From contig OZ037767.1 in the NCBI GenBank assembly GCA_964035545.1, positions 24,940,628 through 25,004,627 of the forward strand: a stretch of DNA of 64,000 nucleotides, written 5' to 3'. This DNA is from Bugula neritina (taxonomy: Eukaryota; Animalia; Bryozoa). How positions within the stretch are numbered: the first letter of the stretch is position 1; the number at the start of each line of letters is the position of its first letter. The notes beneath the pieces were generated by a model that made no database searches, was not told the origin of the DNA, and worked only from the letters and a program-made list of their open reading frames with translations. Both the position numbers and the translations under genes were made by a program. This document shows, piece after piece, positions 48,201 to 60,900 of this stretch.

Positions 48201-49920
48201 AGATGATGCCTTACTTTGGAATGCGTGTGGAGGATTTACGCTTTGATCACATGATCGAGGTATGGCTTATAGCTGGTATAGATGGATTGTTTTGGTTGCG
48301 TTTTAACACTGAAACTATATTAATACTTACTAGTTCAAAATCACTATTATGGTTCCTTAAGTCTGCTGTAGTATTATACTGCGAGAGCCATGATGACAAA
48401 TTATGTAACATTGTGCATTAGCTATGAGCACATGTATCATCAATAAATTTATGCGTTTTCAAATTTTGTGGAATTTTTTCCAACCCTTCTTTCTATGTTG
48501 AATCGCAACACCACCTGCTTTTTATTTACAGCTTTTCTCTGAGCCAGAATAAAAATCTCTCCATTGTATAATAATAACCAGTCATAGGCTGACTGGTTTT
48601 TATTATAAAAAAAATTATTCTTCACGAGTCAAATTTCTCTTACTTTAAAAAAATAATTTCAGAATTGCCACAAGAATAATGTAAAAGGCATATACTGAGC
48701 TCTTGATTTATGCCTCTTACATCACCATATCACCTGACTAGAACAAAAATGTAGTAATTTGTCGTACACTTTTCATCAAAGGTTCTATGGTATTTAATGA
48801 AAGTATTCGTATTGTATTATAGTTGCATGAATATATAGTTATGTGGAATATATACTCTGACTAGATTAGCAAAGTTTCGCATACAGGAAACAAGAAATCC
48901 CAAATGAAGGAAATTCTAAACCCTGAAGACAATTCTGATGGAGGGAATTTTTATTTTTCATTTATCGAAATTTTAATGCTGTATACATAATTTCAAAAAG
49001 AACTGTTTGCCCTGTCCCAAATGGCACCAACAATGTTAGTTGAAATTTATCTCAATACTGTATTTTATTGTGTTGTATGATAATATATTATGTTATTTAG
49101 AATGTAATTTTGTCAACACTCATTTGTAGAGTGGGAGTTATGCCTTCTTGCGCACATCAGACGACATCAGTCCCCTTCTTCACCTCTGGCTCAACTGCTC
49201 TCTGACAGAAAGCTGCATTAAACCAATCGGATGTGACTCCAGAAATTGTCTTCACTCTTGTAAAAATGTCCAGCCAAGGTTTAGTTATATTGGCTGCCAT
49301 AAGTACGAAACATCTGCTCTCAGTGCCAGTTTGAAGAAGTTAAACTACAAGTAGGTTGATTAGGGGTTGATGAGTCTAAAGCAGACTAAATTTACATGGC
49401 ATATGTTGATTATTATGTTGTTTTGGGTTCTTCTACACTTACACAGTATAACTTTGATAAAGACCTATTTGAGTTGTGGCACAAATGTCAGCACAGCCAA
49501 ACTATATCATGCTTGAGGGATGAACATTCAACATTATTATAATTCAGATATTTTGATAAAAAGACAAAATACATACACAGTACCACAAATTATAATAGCA
49601 TTGAGTGTGGTGTTTTTTGGTCACAAGGCTGTCAGACAATGTTACCAGTATTTATTTTGCTTCTTGCGCTAGGATAGGGTCTATGCCTGTGTCTACTGAT
49701 AGTTTGGCAGTATACCACTCATTCTGTTGCATCTAAGATATATTTGCACTTTTGTAGGAGTTATACCGCTCCCCATGACGAGTACCCTTTAGCCAAACAC
49801 AACGGCATTACCTCTGCAGACCTTGGCTTTAATATAACTATTATCAAATATAACATAAGTTCTGAAAGACACCGCATACAAAAAGCAAAGAATAGACGAA
49901 AAGTTAATATTCTTACCTAA
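42288..49920 (+). CDS. DUF1647-like type II membrane protein (putative glycosyltransferase-related)
   Basis: Exons 42288-42520, 42750-42918, ~43165-43395, 47309-47434, 48044-48259, 49130-49350 and 49758-49920. An N-terminal TM segment (ILIFITSGLFIFGTSWF) precedes PAIVTA, LAIFDM, GAYKPIFIQKILNEFPMVLWMDS, WLNCSLTESCIKPIG and GCHKYETSALS, which resemble DUF1647. It lies head-to-head with DCTN4. Confidence 0.75.
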
Positions 49921-50915
49921 TGGCAATCTTCAGGTTTAACAACATTGTATAATAGTTGTAAATATATAGTTTGACTATGGTACGTAAGTGATATATTTTT
50001 CCCTTTTTATGCTGATTATTAATTATTCAGGTTTATTTTTGAAACATTTCCTATTTGTTTTACTCGATTACCTTTCATATGACCCTAAAATAATAAATGT
50101 TACAGTTTTTTCCAAAAATACATTATAGACCAAGATTGTTTACTGAATAATATTTCTTACGTTTTGTTATATGAGGCCACAGTCATTCTAGTACAAGCTG
50201 ACTATTGTTTGTAACAGTAAGCCTCACAGAGTTGTTCCCTCTGGTAACACATTCAACAATACTATTTCACATGGAATCCTCAGCTCAGTGGTGTAAGTGG
50301 TGAAGAGTTAATTCAGAATTTGCAGAGTTTACAGCGAACATATTTATTGGAATTTTATTAGTATGCATCAAAATTGCTATATTAAAGGTGTGATAGTAGC
50401 TTTATACCTACAATTTTAAGTGTTTGCAAACGAGCATAAAAGTTCAGCATCTCACAAATAGTAGGCTGGCTGATTTTATTGAAATATTTCATTTGTTAAA
50501 ATGCCAACCTAATATATTTTTTCATTAAATGCAAACTTTTCAAGCTTTTCAAACAAGTCACATAATTAAACAATTGATAGTAAAAAAAGAGAATGTTATA
50601 TTCAAAACAATCACTGATGGTAATAAAATATTAGTTATTTAACTCAAATTGAAGTAATATTACAACCATCAACTGCAAAAACCGGTATTAGAGTGCTGCG
50701 ACTAGGAGTTGTATTTTCTTGTCCTTTTCTCAAATAAATGTTTTTGTTTAAACTATATTTGTTTTCTGTCATGTATCCTATTTAGAGTTTTGAACTTTAT
50801 AAAATATTTTTGCTTTTTAATTAGTATGTGTTTGAAAAGATAATAATTTTTACTGACTTGTATGCGCGGCTATGCCATACAGGAAACACAAGGCATTCTG
50901 GGGGAATTCCTGTAA

Positions 50916-50929
50916 GTTACTAGGGAAGC
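50916..50929 (+). promoter_or_regulatory. RFX X-box-like motif in the putative IFT88 promoter
   Basis: GTTACTAGGGAAGC in a GC-richer core just before a low-complexity tract. A ZNF143/Staf-like GCATTCTGGG lies nearby at ~50893. Confidence 0.45.
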
Positions 50930-51917
50930 TTCAGCCGTTTTTTCAAAAGTCATATGCTTGAATTTGAAGCAGAGTATAAAATGTTTTTCATTCTTGAGTT
51001 TTTGTCACCGATTAAATTTGTTTTACTAAAACTTTTATTGTTTTACTATTGGTTTATTTTTTTACTTCGAGTTTACGCAGTTTTAGTGCATATGCTTATA
51101 TGTTATACTTATATCGTAGTTATCATAGTGACTATCAGTATGAGTATCAATATCATTATAATACTAATAGTGACTATCACTATGGCTATACTATTACTTA
51201 TACTAAGTCTAATGCTAATGCTTATACTGATATAAATATTTATTTATAGTGATTGACTTAATCATAACGATAGTAAAGCTTATGGTCATCGTGATAGTTA
51301 TACTCATAATGATAGTGATAATGATAATGTGTTGCTGATAATGATAACAGTAACTTTTTAAACAACTGAAGTTTATGCTTTAGAACTTTCCAATTTTCTT
51401 TCTTACTCTTAGATTTTAGAATTAACCTTAGCTAATTTACTTTTGATAGTTATATTTATTACTAGTTTGATGCACATATTGATATTCCTAATCTTATAAT
51501 AATATTGTAACACTATATAAATATTAGTACTAGCTATAGACTTGCCTAGCCGTCTAAGTGCTTAGCATAGTTTATTATGATATACTAGGTTATTGTTATT
51601 AATGAAGTTAACATTGTAGTCTGTTATTTTTGTGTTTTGTAAAAGAACATAATTGAATTAGTTTGAAATTATATTTGTTGCTGCTATGCATTGCCAGTAT
51701 GATTATCACTAATATTATAATACACTTTCAATAAAAACAAAATAAAGAAACATTTCTGTACAATGTTTTGATATTAAGAAAGCTTTAATTTTAGACTCAG
51801 CAAGTTGCAAATTTGAATAATTTAAATTGTCCAACTGTGCAGTGTGAAAAAATTGCTAAACCTGAAAATAGAAGTTGATCGTTTTATTTGTTTTACAGTT
51901 CACAGTGAGCATTCACA

Positions 51918-54900
51918 ATGACTACTGAGCGAGTTCATTTAGCTGGAGATGATGAAGACGATCTGTATTCTGGGTTTGATGTAAACAATGATATCCAAGT
52001 AAGCAAAAGCTCAAATTTGTTGTGGTTTAGAGAAATCTTTCTATCAGTTAATACTAAAACACACTCATGCATTACTATACTAAAACACACTGATATATTA
52101 CTATTTATCGTTGTTTTTTTAGAGTTATGAGCAGGAGGCAGCATTTCAACATGCTGTTAAGACTAGTCAAGGAAGACGACCACCAGTAAGCAAGTTTGCT
52201 TTAATCAGTTGTTGATTCAGCAGTTTTAACTTTTTACAGTTTTTGAACTATTTCATGAATAGGTATTTAATTTTAAAGTATCAACTTGATTTCTCCAAGT
52301 GTTTTTTATATATTTTTCTAAGCTCAGTAGTTTGATGTATTCTATATTTTGCCAAAATTTATTTTTATGTTTTCTTTTATATTCTGCTGTTAACTTATAT
52401 GTTTTTAAAATTCCTAGCCTACAGGCAGGATTCCTATTAGTCAAGCACGACTTGGGACAGCTCAAAGAGATATGACATCATCTATGGGTAGACCAATCAC
52501 GGGAGCTGTAGCAGGTGATGGTGCTCGACCAATGACTGCTGTTCGGGGAGCTGGGTATAGTTCAAAGTAAGCATGCTTTCATTATGTTTCCAAGAGAAGA
52601 TAACTATGCTATTTGTTACTTGTAGTTTTATAACAAACCCAGCCTATAAAATATCAGGTTTATATTTTAGTGTAAACTGTGTTTGTGTCTATTAGCCATA
52701 TAACAATATATGACTCATATTTGCCTCTGTATTATTAGTAGCCCTACTACATAGTGTATCGCTAGTGCTACATAGTGTATTACTAGTACTACATGCATTT
52801 GCTACTAAAGTAGCTGTTATTTTATGCAATAACTATAGTTTCAATTTATTTCATTATTTTCTATAACATTGTAAAATTATTTTTTGTTTTGTCATAATCA
52901 TTCAATACAATTAAAAAGCAACAGTTTTTGCAATTACAATGTTTTATAATTAATTATTGTAATGTGCAATTATCAACTACTAAATTTTTTTATTGCTGAT
53001 ATGCAATTGTTGTAAATTTAGATGAATCTATTTGTATCCAGAATTAAGTTACTGAACTGAGCTGAAAGTGAGACTAGTACAACTAAGGGAAAAAAATAGC
53101 TAGTGCTGCACTTCTTATTGCTCTGAGAGATTTGTCAGGAAACATGTATGAAAAAATACCAATTTTTAAATTAATCTATTTTAGCCCAAAGAATGTGGAC
53201 ACCTCAGGATCGGGCCAGGGCGCAGCCCCTCCTCTTGAGTCCAAAAGTGAAGATTCACCTGAAGAAAAGCTCAAACTCTTTGAGAAAAAAGTCATAGAGT
53301 TGATTGAAGAAAGCTGCCTTGCAGCCAGCCGTGGAGAGCCGCAACTGGTGATGTTTTAATATTTTTAGTTAGACATTATTGTCTTAATTTACTTTTCAAA
53401 TTTTATGGTTCCTCTTTACAAGTAAGTATCTAATATTTGATAAGTACTAAGTCAGAGTACTATTCTGTTGTTTGAACTTATTAAATTAATAGACTGTGTT
53501 TCTTGCAGGCTCTGGAGAAAGCTAAAGAAGCTGGTAGGAAGGAGCGCCTTTTAATGAGACAAAGGGAGTCTCTGGGAGGAGGAGAACAGGCTAATCTAGA
53601 TCTTACTTACTCTGTAAGTGTATATTACACTGTGTACTTACTCTGTGTACTTACTCTGTGTACTTACTCTGTAAGTGTATATTACGCTCTGTACTTACTC
53701 TGTGTATTTACTCTGTATGAGTATATTACATTGTGTACTTACTCTATATACTTACTTTGTGTACTTACTCTGTATGTGTATATTATATTGCATACTTACA
53801 CTATGCTGTGCTAGCAGCTACTAGCCAAGCATAGGGAATTTTCACCTTTATTTTGATTGTTGATCATTAAATAGCATTTAAATAATATAAATGTTTATTA
53901 TTTTTGTAGACTGGGGAAAGTGTACGTTATTATGAAACTGATATATGTTTGTATAACAAGTTATTTTTGTTACAGATTCTGTTCAACTTAGCCAACCAGT
54001 ATGAAGCCAATGAGATGTACGGCGAAGCTCTTAACAGCTACAATGTGATAGTAAAAAACAAGCTGTTTAGCAGTGCTGGTTAGTTTCTAAACTCGTGTGA
54101 CGTAATGCAATGGAAGCAGTAATTACTATTCTTCTGTATTTCTCAACTTAATGTGTTAAATTTAAACTTGCATACTTTAATAATTAGCAAATCAAACTCG
54201 CTTTGTTATTTTATTTGGAGTTGTCATTTTTTTTCTTCAACGCTTTGATTAATTTCTGGAATATATTGGCATGTATATTTTTTAACCTGTAGGTCGTTTG
54301 AAGGTGAACATGGGTAACATATATTTCAAACAAAAGAACTATAGCAAAGCTATCAAATACTACAGGATGGCACTGGACCAAGTTCCGAATCACCATCGTC
54401 AAATGAGGTGGGCAGACATGACCAAGTTATCAAAATTGTTGATATTTAAAGTTGTTGTTTTTAAATTAAAACCAGTTTTTATTAGAAAGGGGTTTCATGC
54501 TAGTGGTTTATGAAAAGCTCATTGCTATAATATTCTTTTTGCTACCATCGTGGTAATTTTTAAATTTAATGACATTTACTTCTTGTTTGTCAAAATAGAA
54601 ATCAGATTATTTTGATTATCAACTTCTTTTAACCAGTTTGAAACATTAATTTACCATCTAACTACAAAACAAACAAGTAAAGCTTTGTTGTTAAACTTCC
54701 CTCGGAAATTCCGGTTACATCAAACAAATGTAAAACTTTTATATTAGCCATTTTCATTTGCCAGCAATTTTTTAATTTATAAATATAAAACAAAACAATC
54801 AAACGTTTTCCTTGTGCTATTTTTACAAAACAATTTTGCACAAATATTTACAGGTCTAATAGCCAACAGTTACAGACCAGTTGCTAAACTCTACTTTTGA

Positions 54901-57900
54901 AAAAATCTATACCTTAATTTATTGTAATAATTGATGTTAAATAATAATATAAAATAGTATTAGACAAAAATTAGTTATTTATAGCATTAGATTTTTGTGT
55001 TGTATAAATGACTTTTTAAGTTTTTTAAGATTATTTTGTTTGCGGATAGTTTTTGCACCAACACTTATCTATATTTACTACAGTCCTTAATAACTGCTGT
55101 TTTGTCAACACAGACTGAAGGTGATGCAGAACATAGCTGCTGCCTTCATTAAACAAGGTCAGTACACTGATGCCGTGACTTCATTGGAGCATATCATGAA
55201 CGACTGCCCAACTATCACCACAGGATTCAATCTTGTCACCTGTTACTACGCTATCAATGACAAGGAGAGGATGAAACAAGCTTTCCAGAAGCTTCTGACC
55301 ACGGATCTGAAACAAGAAGATGAAGATAAATACATTCCTCACAATGTAAGTAGCGGCTTGTGTACCTACGGTGTATATATTTCCTACAAGTAGTAGGTAC
55401 ACAGTTACGTACCATAAGTTACTGTGATGTATACTGTAAGTTACTACTACATAATTTAAATTATAACTATAACATACTGCAAGTTGCTGTTATATAATGT
55501 AAGTTACTATAATGTAATGTGGGCTACTGTAACATACTGTAGGTTACTGTGACGTACTGTAGGTTGCTGTAACATACTTTTGGTTACTGTAATATACTGT
55601 AAGTTATTATAATGTACTGTAAGTTACTGTAATGTACTGTAAGTTATTATAATACATACAGGATGATAAGCAGCACAACCTGATCCTAGAAGTCATTAAG
55701 AACGACAGCCTGAGGCAGCTGGACAGGGAGAAGAGGGCCGAGGCAGAGAGATGCATCAAGTCTGCTGCCAAGCTTATTTCACCTGTTATTGACAGCAGCT
55801 TTGCTGGAGGTTATGACTGGTAGGTTTGGTTTAGTTATCTCTTTCTGAGAGAACATTAGTGTGTTCTTTTTTATATGTAATGAGTTGTGTTCCCTTGCAT
55901 TCTTCTAGTCTTCAGTTTAATTATATTTATTTCTAGAGATAGTTGATTTTCTTTATTAATTACTTTCTCAGGTACATGTTGCTGTATATGTTAGATCTAT
56001 AATATAAGCAGTAGGATTTCTTCTTCATATTTTTAAGTAGAGGGCAACTCCTGTAGATCATGGTGTAACATTTACTTCTGTATTATCCCCAGATTAAAGT
56101 AACCCAATACATACCATTTCTGGACTGTGTTTATTATATTGATTTCAATAATAAAGAGTAGCTTGAAGCTCATAGTATGTATACGACACCTAAGCTGATT
56201 TTTCCCAGCTGAAGGCAGCCGCTAGTTTTTTTTCCCATTTTTTTATTTTTGTGCAAACTAACCTGCAGGTAATGTTTGCTGCAAATCAACAAATGCTGGT
56301 TTCAATGCTGCCACAAAATGCCTTGTTTATTTTATGTGCTAGGGAAGGGAAATTTCCAAAGGATAAGAAAACTCTATGTTTATCTATATTTTTCAATTTT
56401 TCTGTAGTATATACAATTTCTTAGCTTGTATTCTTCGTTTTTCTGTTTATAACTCAAAGCTCCACTAAAAATGCAATCGATAATCATTGACTAAATATAA
56501 GTAGTATACTTTTCATTAAACTAAATGTCTAGATATACAGTTTAAGCATTAATAAACATGGTTTATGTTTTGTGTATTCATATTAAAGCGTTTTGGTTAG
56601 AAAGAGCACACAATTTCTAAAATTTCATTAGAGTACTGTTGCCTTCATATTAGGCATTTAACTTCTTAAGTAGCTAGTTGAGTACTATAGTAGAAATTAT
56701 TATAGTAGACACCCATAAAATTATTAGTTGAGTATTATAGTAGAAATTATTATAGTAAACACCCATAAAATTATTATAATAAGCTTATAATACATCTAAC
56801 ACATAATGTCATTACATTACTTGAGTGGACCATATGTTACATATATCATATTGCTTCTAGTTTATTTAATTTAATCCATTTAATTGTTATGTTTTGTGTA
56901 GATTAAAACTGCTTATAGGAGATTGCTACTCGGTGATACAACAGTGCTTATGCACTTAATAAGATTTTCATTGTTGATATCTTAACTTTTATAATTATTT
57001 TAGTCTGGACTCTGCCAATAGATTCTGCAGATCACATAGAGCTAAGCTTATTTGTGAATCAGTTTGTTTTTATTCAAGACTGCAGTTTCTATTACTTTGT
57101 TAAACCGGATACCTTGTACTGTACAGAGTACAATATAACTACAGTATAGTACACTTTATATACTGTATAGAATATAGTATAGCTATAGTACAGCACATGT
57201 TTTATACTATATAGAATATAGTATAGCTATAGTACAGCACATGTTTTATACTATATAGAATATAATATAGCTAAACTATAGCACATGTTTTATACTATAT
57301 AGATTATAATATAGCTAAACTATAGCACATGCTTTACACTGTATAGAATTTAATATAACTATAGTATAGCACATGATTTATACTGTATAGAATATAACTT
57401 ATATAAGCAGTTGGTCCTGCTATGTAATTTTCCATATCTTACATCATATCTTCTTCCAACTACCCGCCTGCCTTTCTTGGCAAAAGCCTTCATTTTTTCT
57501 ATTAAAACTCTTTTTGAGTGTAACAGCTTTCCTTAGCAATTCACACTTTATTTGGTAAGTGCTGGAACCGTCTTGAGCTATGCCCAGGGAGTGATGTACT
57601 CATGTGATGCCTAGTCATAGCATGCCTGGTTAGGGGTTGCCTGGTTAGAGATGCCTGGTTGTTTGTGAAGATCTTAAGCTAGGCAATCAAAGTTTCACCT
57701 AGAAGAGTCTGGGTGCATTTTTGAAAACTCACCTGTGTAATTAACTAATTATGTAAACCAGGGATTTATAATATAGTGCAGTGTATTATATTATAATATA
57801 GTGTATTGTATTATATTATAATATATATAAATTTAGTAGTTGATCTTATCCTTAAGTACCAGAGTACTGATGCCAACAGATATTAATGTTTAATAATGAC

Positions 57901-60900
57901 TTGCTTTTGTAGCTTATTATCAGCAATCAGATAAAATAAAACTGTTGTATATTATTTTATATGTTTTATTATATAAAACTCGAGACTTCTGCTGCAGTTT
58001 AAGTGATATCTTTATAGTCCATCATTCTGATGAAATAAATTATTTAATTAATTACTTAGAGAAGTCTGGCAAAATGAGATATTAAGTTAATTAATTTATA
58101 TATTATTACCTATATATGTTAATATAGTTGCTTTCAATAAAGTTGTATGAAGATGAAAATACTATTTGTATTGAGTAGTAACTCCAGTTTGCATTCTCTT
58201 GGAGTTTTAGCTTCCAATCAATAAATACTAAACATAAGGGATTCCTAAGGCCAACTTATGTTCACTATAAAGTATTTACTTTATTGTACTTTAAACATTT
58301 GCTTTTTGTAAATTGTAGTATCTCAAATATAATATAATTAGGCTATGGAGTTTCATTCAAATAATATAATGTAGTTACAATCTAATGTGTGCTCTAGTGC
58401 TCTTGTTTTCACATTCACAGGTGTATTGAGCAAGTGAGGACATCCCCATATGTTGACCTGTCGCACGACCTTGAGATTGACAAAGCCATCATGTATCTCA
58501 AGAAGAAAGACTTTGGCATGGCTGCAGAAGCTTTAAAGAGTTTTGAAAAGAAGGATACGAAAGTTGCTTCAACAGCTGCAACTAATCTAGCCTTTCTTTA
58601 TTATTTGGTAATTCTTGGTGACAGCCTTTGAAAAATTTGCTGAGCATTGTTGCTGATTTCAATACAGTTTACTGCATATCGATAAATGTTAACTTAAGCA
58701 ATAATGAAAGTTTTATATTAAAGTACTTGCATTTAAACTCTTAGTTTTAGGAATACTAGTAACTTGAATACTATATGCGTGTATTACTATTCATACAATT
58801 AAATGTAGAGTTGTGTCCACTTTGTTGTATAGGAGAAAGACTTAAGTCAGGCAGACAAGTATGCTGAGTTGGCAATGGCCGCTGACAGATACAATCCGTC
58901 TGCTCTCGTCAACAAAGGCAATGTGCTGTTTGCTAGGAGTGAGTATGAGAAAGCTTTGCACTTCTACAAGGAGGCTGTCACTATCGAATCATCGTGTGTA
59001 GAAGCCCTGTTCAACATGGGTGAGTCACTCAACTAGTATTTTACCTGCTACCAAAATTACTGAGACTTTGAGCACTGACATAACCACTAAGACTATAATA
59101 GTCTGTACCAGGACTACTACTGCTACTGCTAGTATTGCTGCTATTTCTACTACTACTGTTAATATAGTGCTACTGCTACTACTACTACTGCTACCACTAC
59201 TACTGCTACCGCCACCGCTGCTGCTACTACTGTTACTATTAACTACTACCAACTTTACCATAACTGCTGTAACTCCTACTTCCACTACTGTAGCTGTAAC
59301 TATCATTCATATCAGTACAGTTTATGCTGTGATTTTGTAGAAAAAAGCTCCAAGGAAAAATAATAGAAAATATTGTTGTACCAGAAATAGCTGAATGTTG
59401 TTGCTTTCAGTCAAACTAATCATCCACAACAGACTCAAATCACACTGATTTTTCATTCAAATTAAGCAGCTAAGAAAATGATATAAAGTTTGCTGCAGTG
59501 CTGTTGCTTTTACTATGGTTTCCATTATTTTCACAGGGCTGAGTCTGAAAAGACTGGGTCGGTTAGAAAATGCCTATGACAGTTTCTATAAGTTACATGC
59601 TATACTCAAGAACAATGCTGAAGTCATTTATCATATTGCTGATATTCAAGAGCAACTGGAAGATACCTCTCAGGCCCAAGAGTGGTATATGCAGGTAAAG
59701 CTGTCTTTAATTACCTAGCCTACTAGTTTTAAGCTTCTGTGCACAACGTTCTGGTGGTGTTGGCCAGTACTTGGCTATTATAACAAATGGAAACCATCAT
59801 AGGCACTAAAGCCTCCAGGCTAGAATATAATCCCTCTCCAGAAAAGATTCTAAAACATGAACTTTTACTGTCAGTCAATGTTTAATTTATGAAAATTTTG
59901 TATTTCAAACTAAAACAAATATGATTTAAACAAGCAACACATTCTTCTTGGCTGGTAATTTAGGTTATTTGTCAATTTCCTAATAAAATAACAATGGATA
60001 AAGAATATTACAAAAATATGTATTCCTAGCTCAAAATATGCATACAGGAAGTTTGTGGGATCCATTCTTCAAGTTGTGCAAATCTTGATTGTTTCCAGCA
60101 AGATTTATGAATCTGAAGGACATGTAATATTTCTGGTTATGAGGTGCTTCTTATGATTAATGATTTAATATGCATGAGCCCTACATATATTTCATCTCAT
60201 TTGAATATGTTAACATAATAATGCCATGCATATCTTATACTAGATTAATGGTAATGTTATAGAGTAGGTATTTAGTACAGTATTATTATGCAACAGTTCT
60301 CAATAATATATTTCATATTTTATGCTCTTTTTTGGTTTCAATCAAGTGTTCTTTCATGAAATTGATGTGGAATTTCATCCTTTCAAAATCTCCCTTTATT
60401 TTTTACCTTAGTGCAATGTAATGGATGACAAGTAATCTATCTTTTGCTCGAATCTCCTTACTTTCATATATAATAACTATGAAGTAATGCAACCACGTAT
60501 AACATTCACACTTGCCCACATTAGCTTGCACCTACAGGATGTATTCTTGATTGCAACTTTTGCATGCCAGCAATTTTTCTTTGACCCACTGGTTTGTTCT
60601 GTGATCTTATGAATGTTGGTCCACCAAATGATCATCAAATTGCATTAAATGGGAATCTAAGTGAAGGTTATAATGAATAACGGCAATAGAATTCCAATCT
60701 ATAAAAACTAGTATATATGTAGAAGTGGGTAAATCTCATTATATATGCCATCAACTGAAATTACAGTTGAATCATCACATGAATGTTCTGATTCTATTCT
60801 GAGACATTTTATATGTCGATTTCAGTTTAGTGAAAGAATTGTTTAAAATGATGTCATCAAAGAACACATTAGATGGTGCATGTCCTTCTATACAATACAC

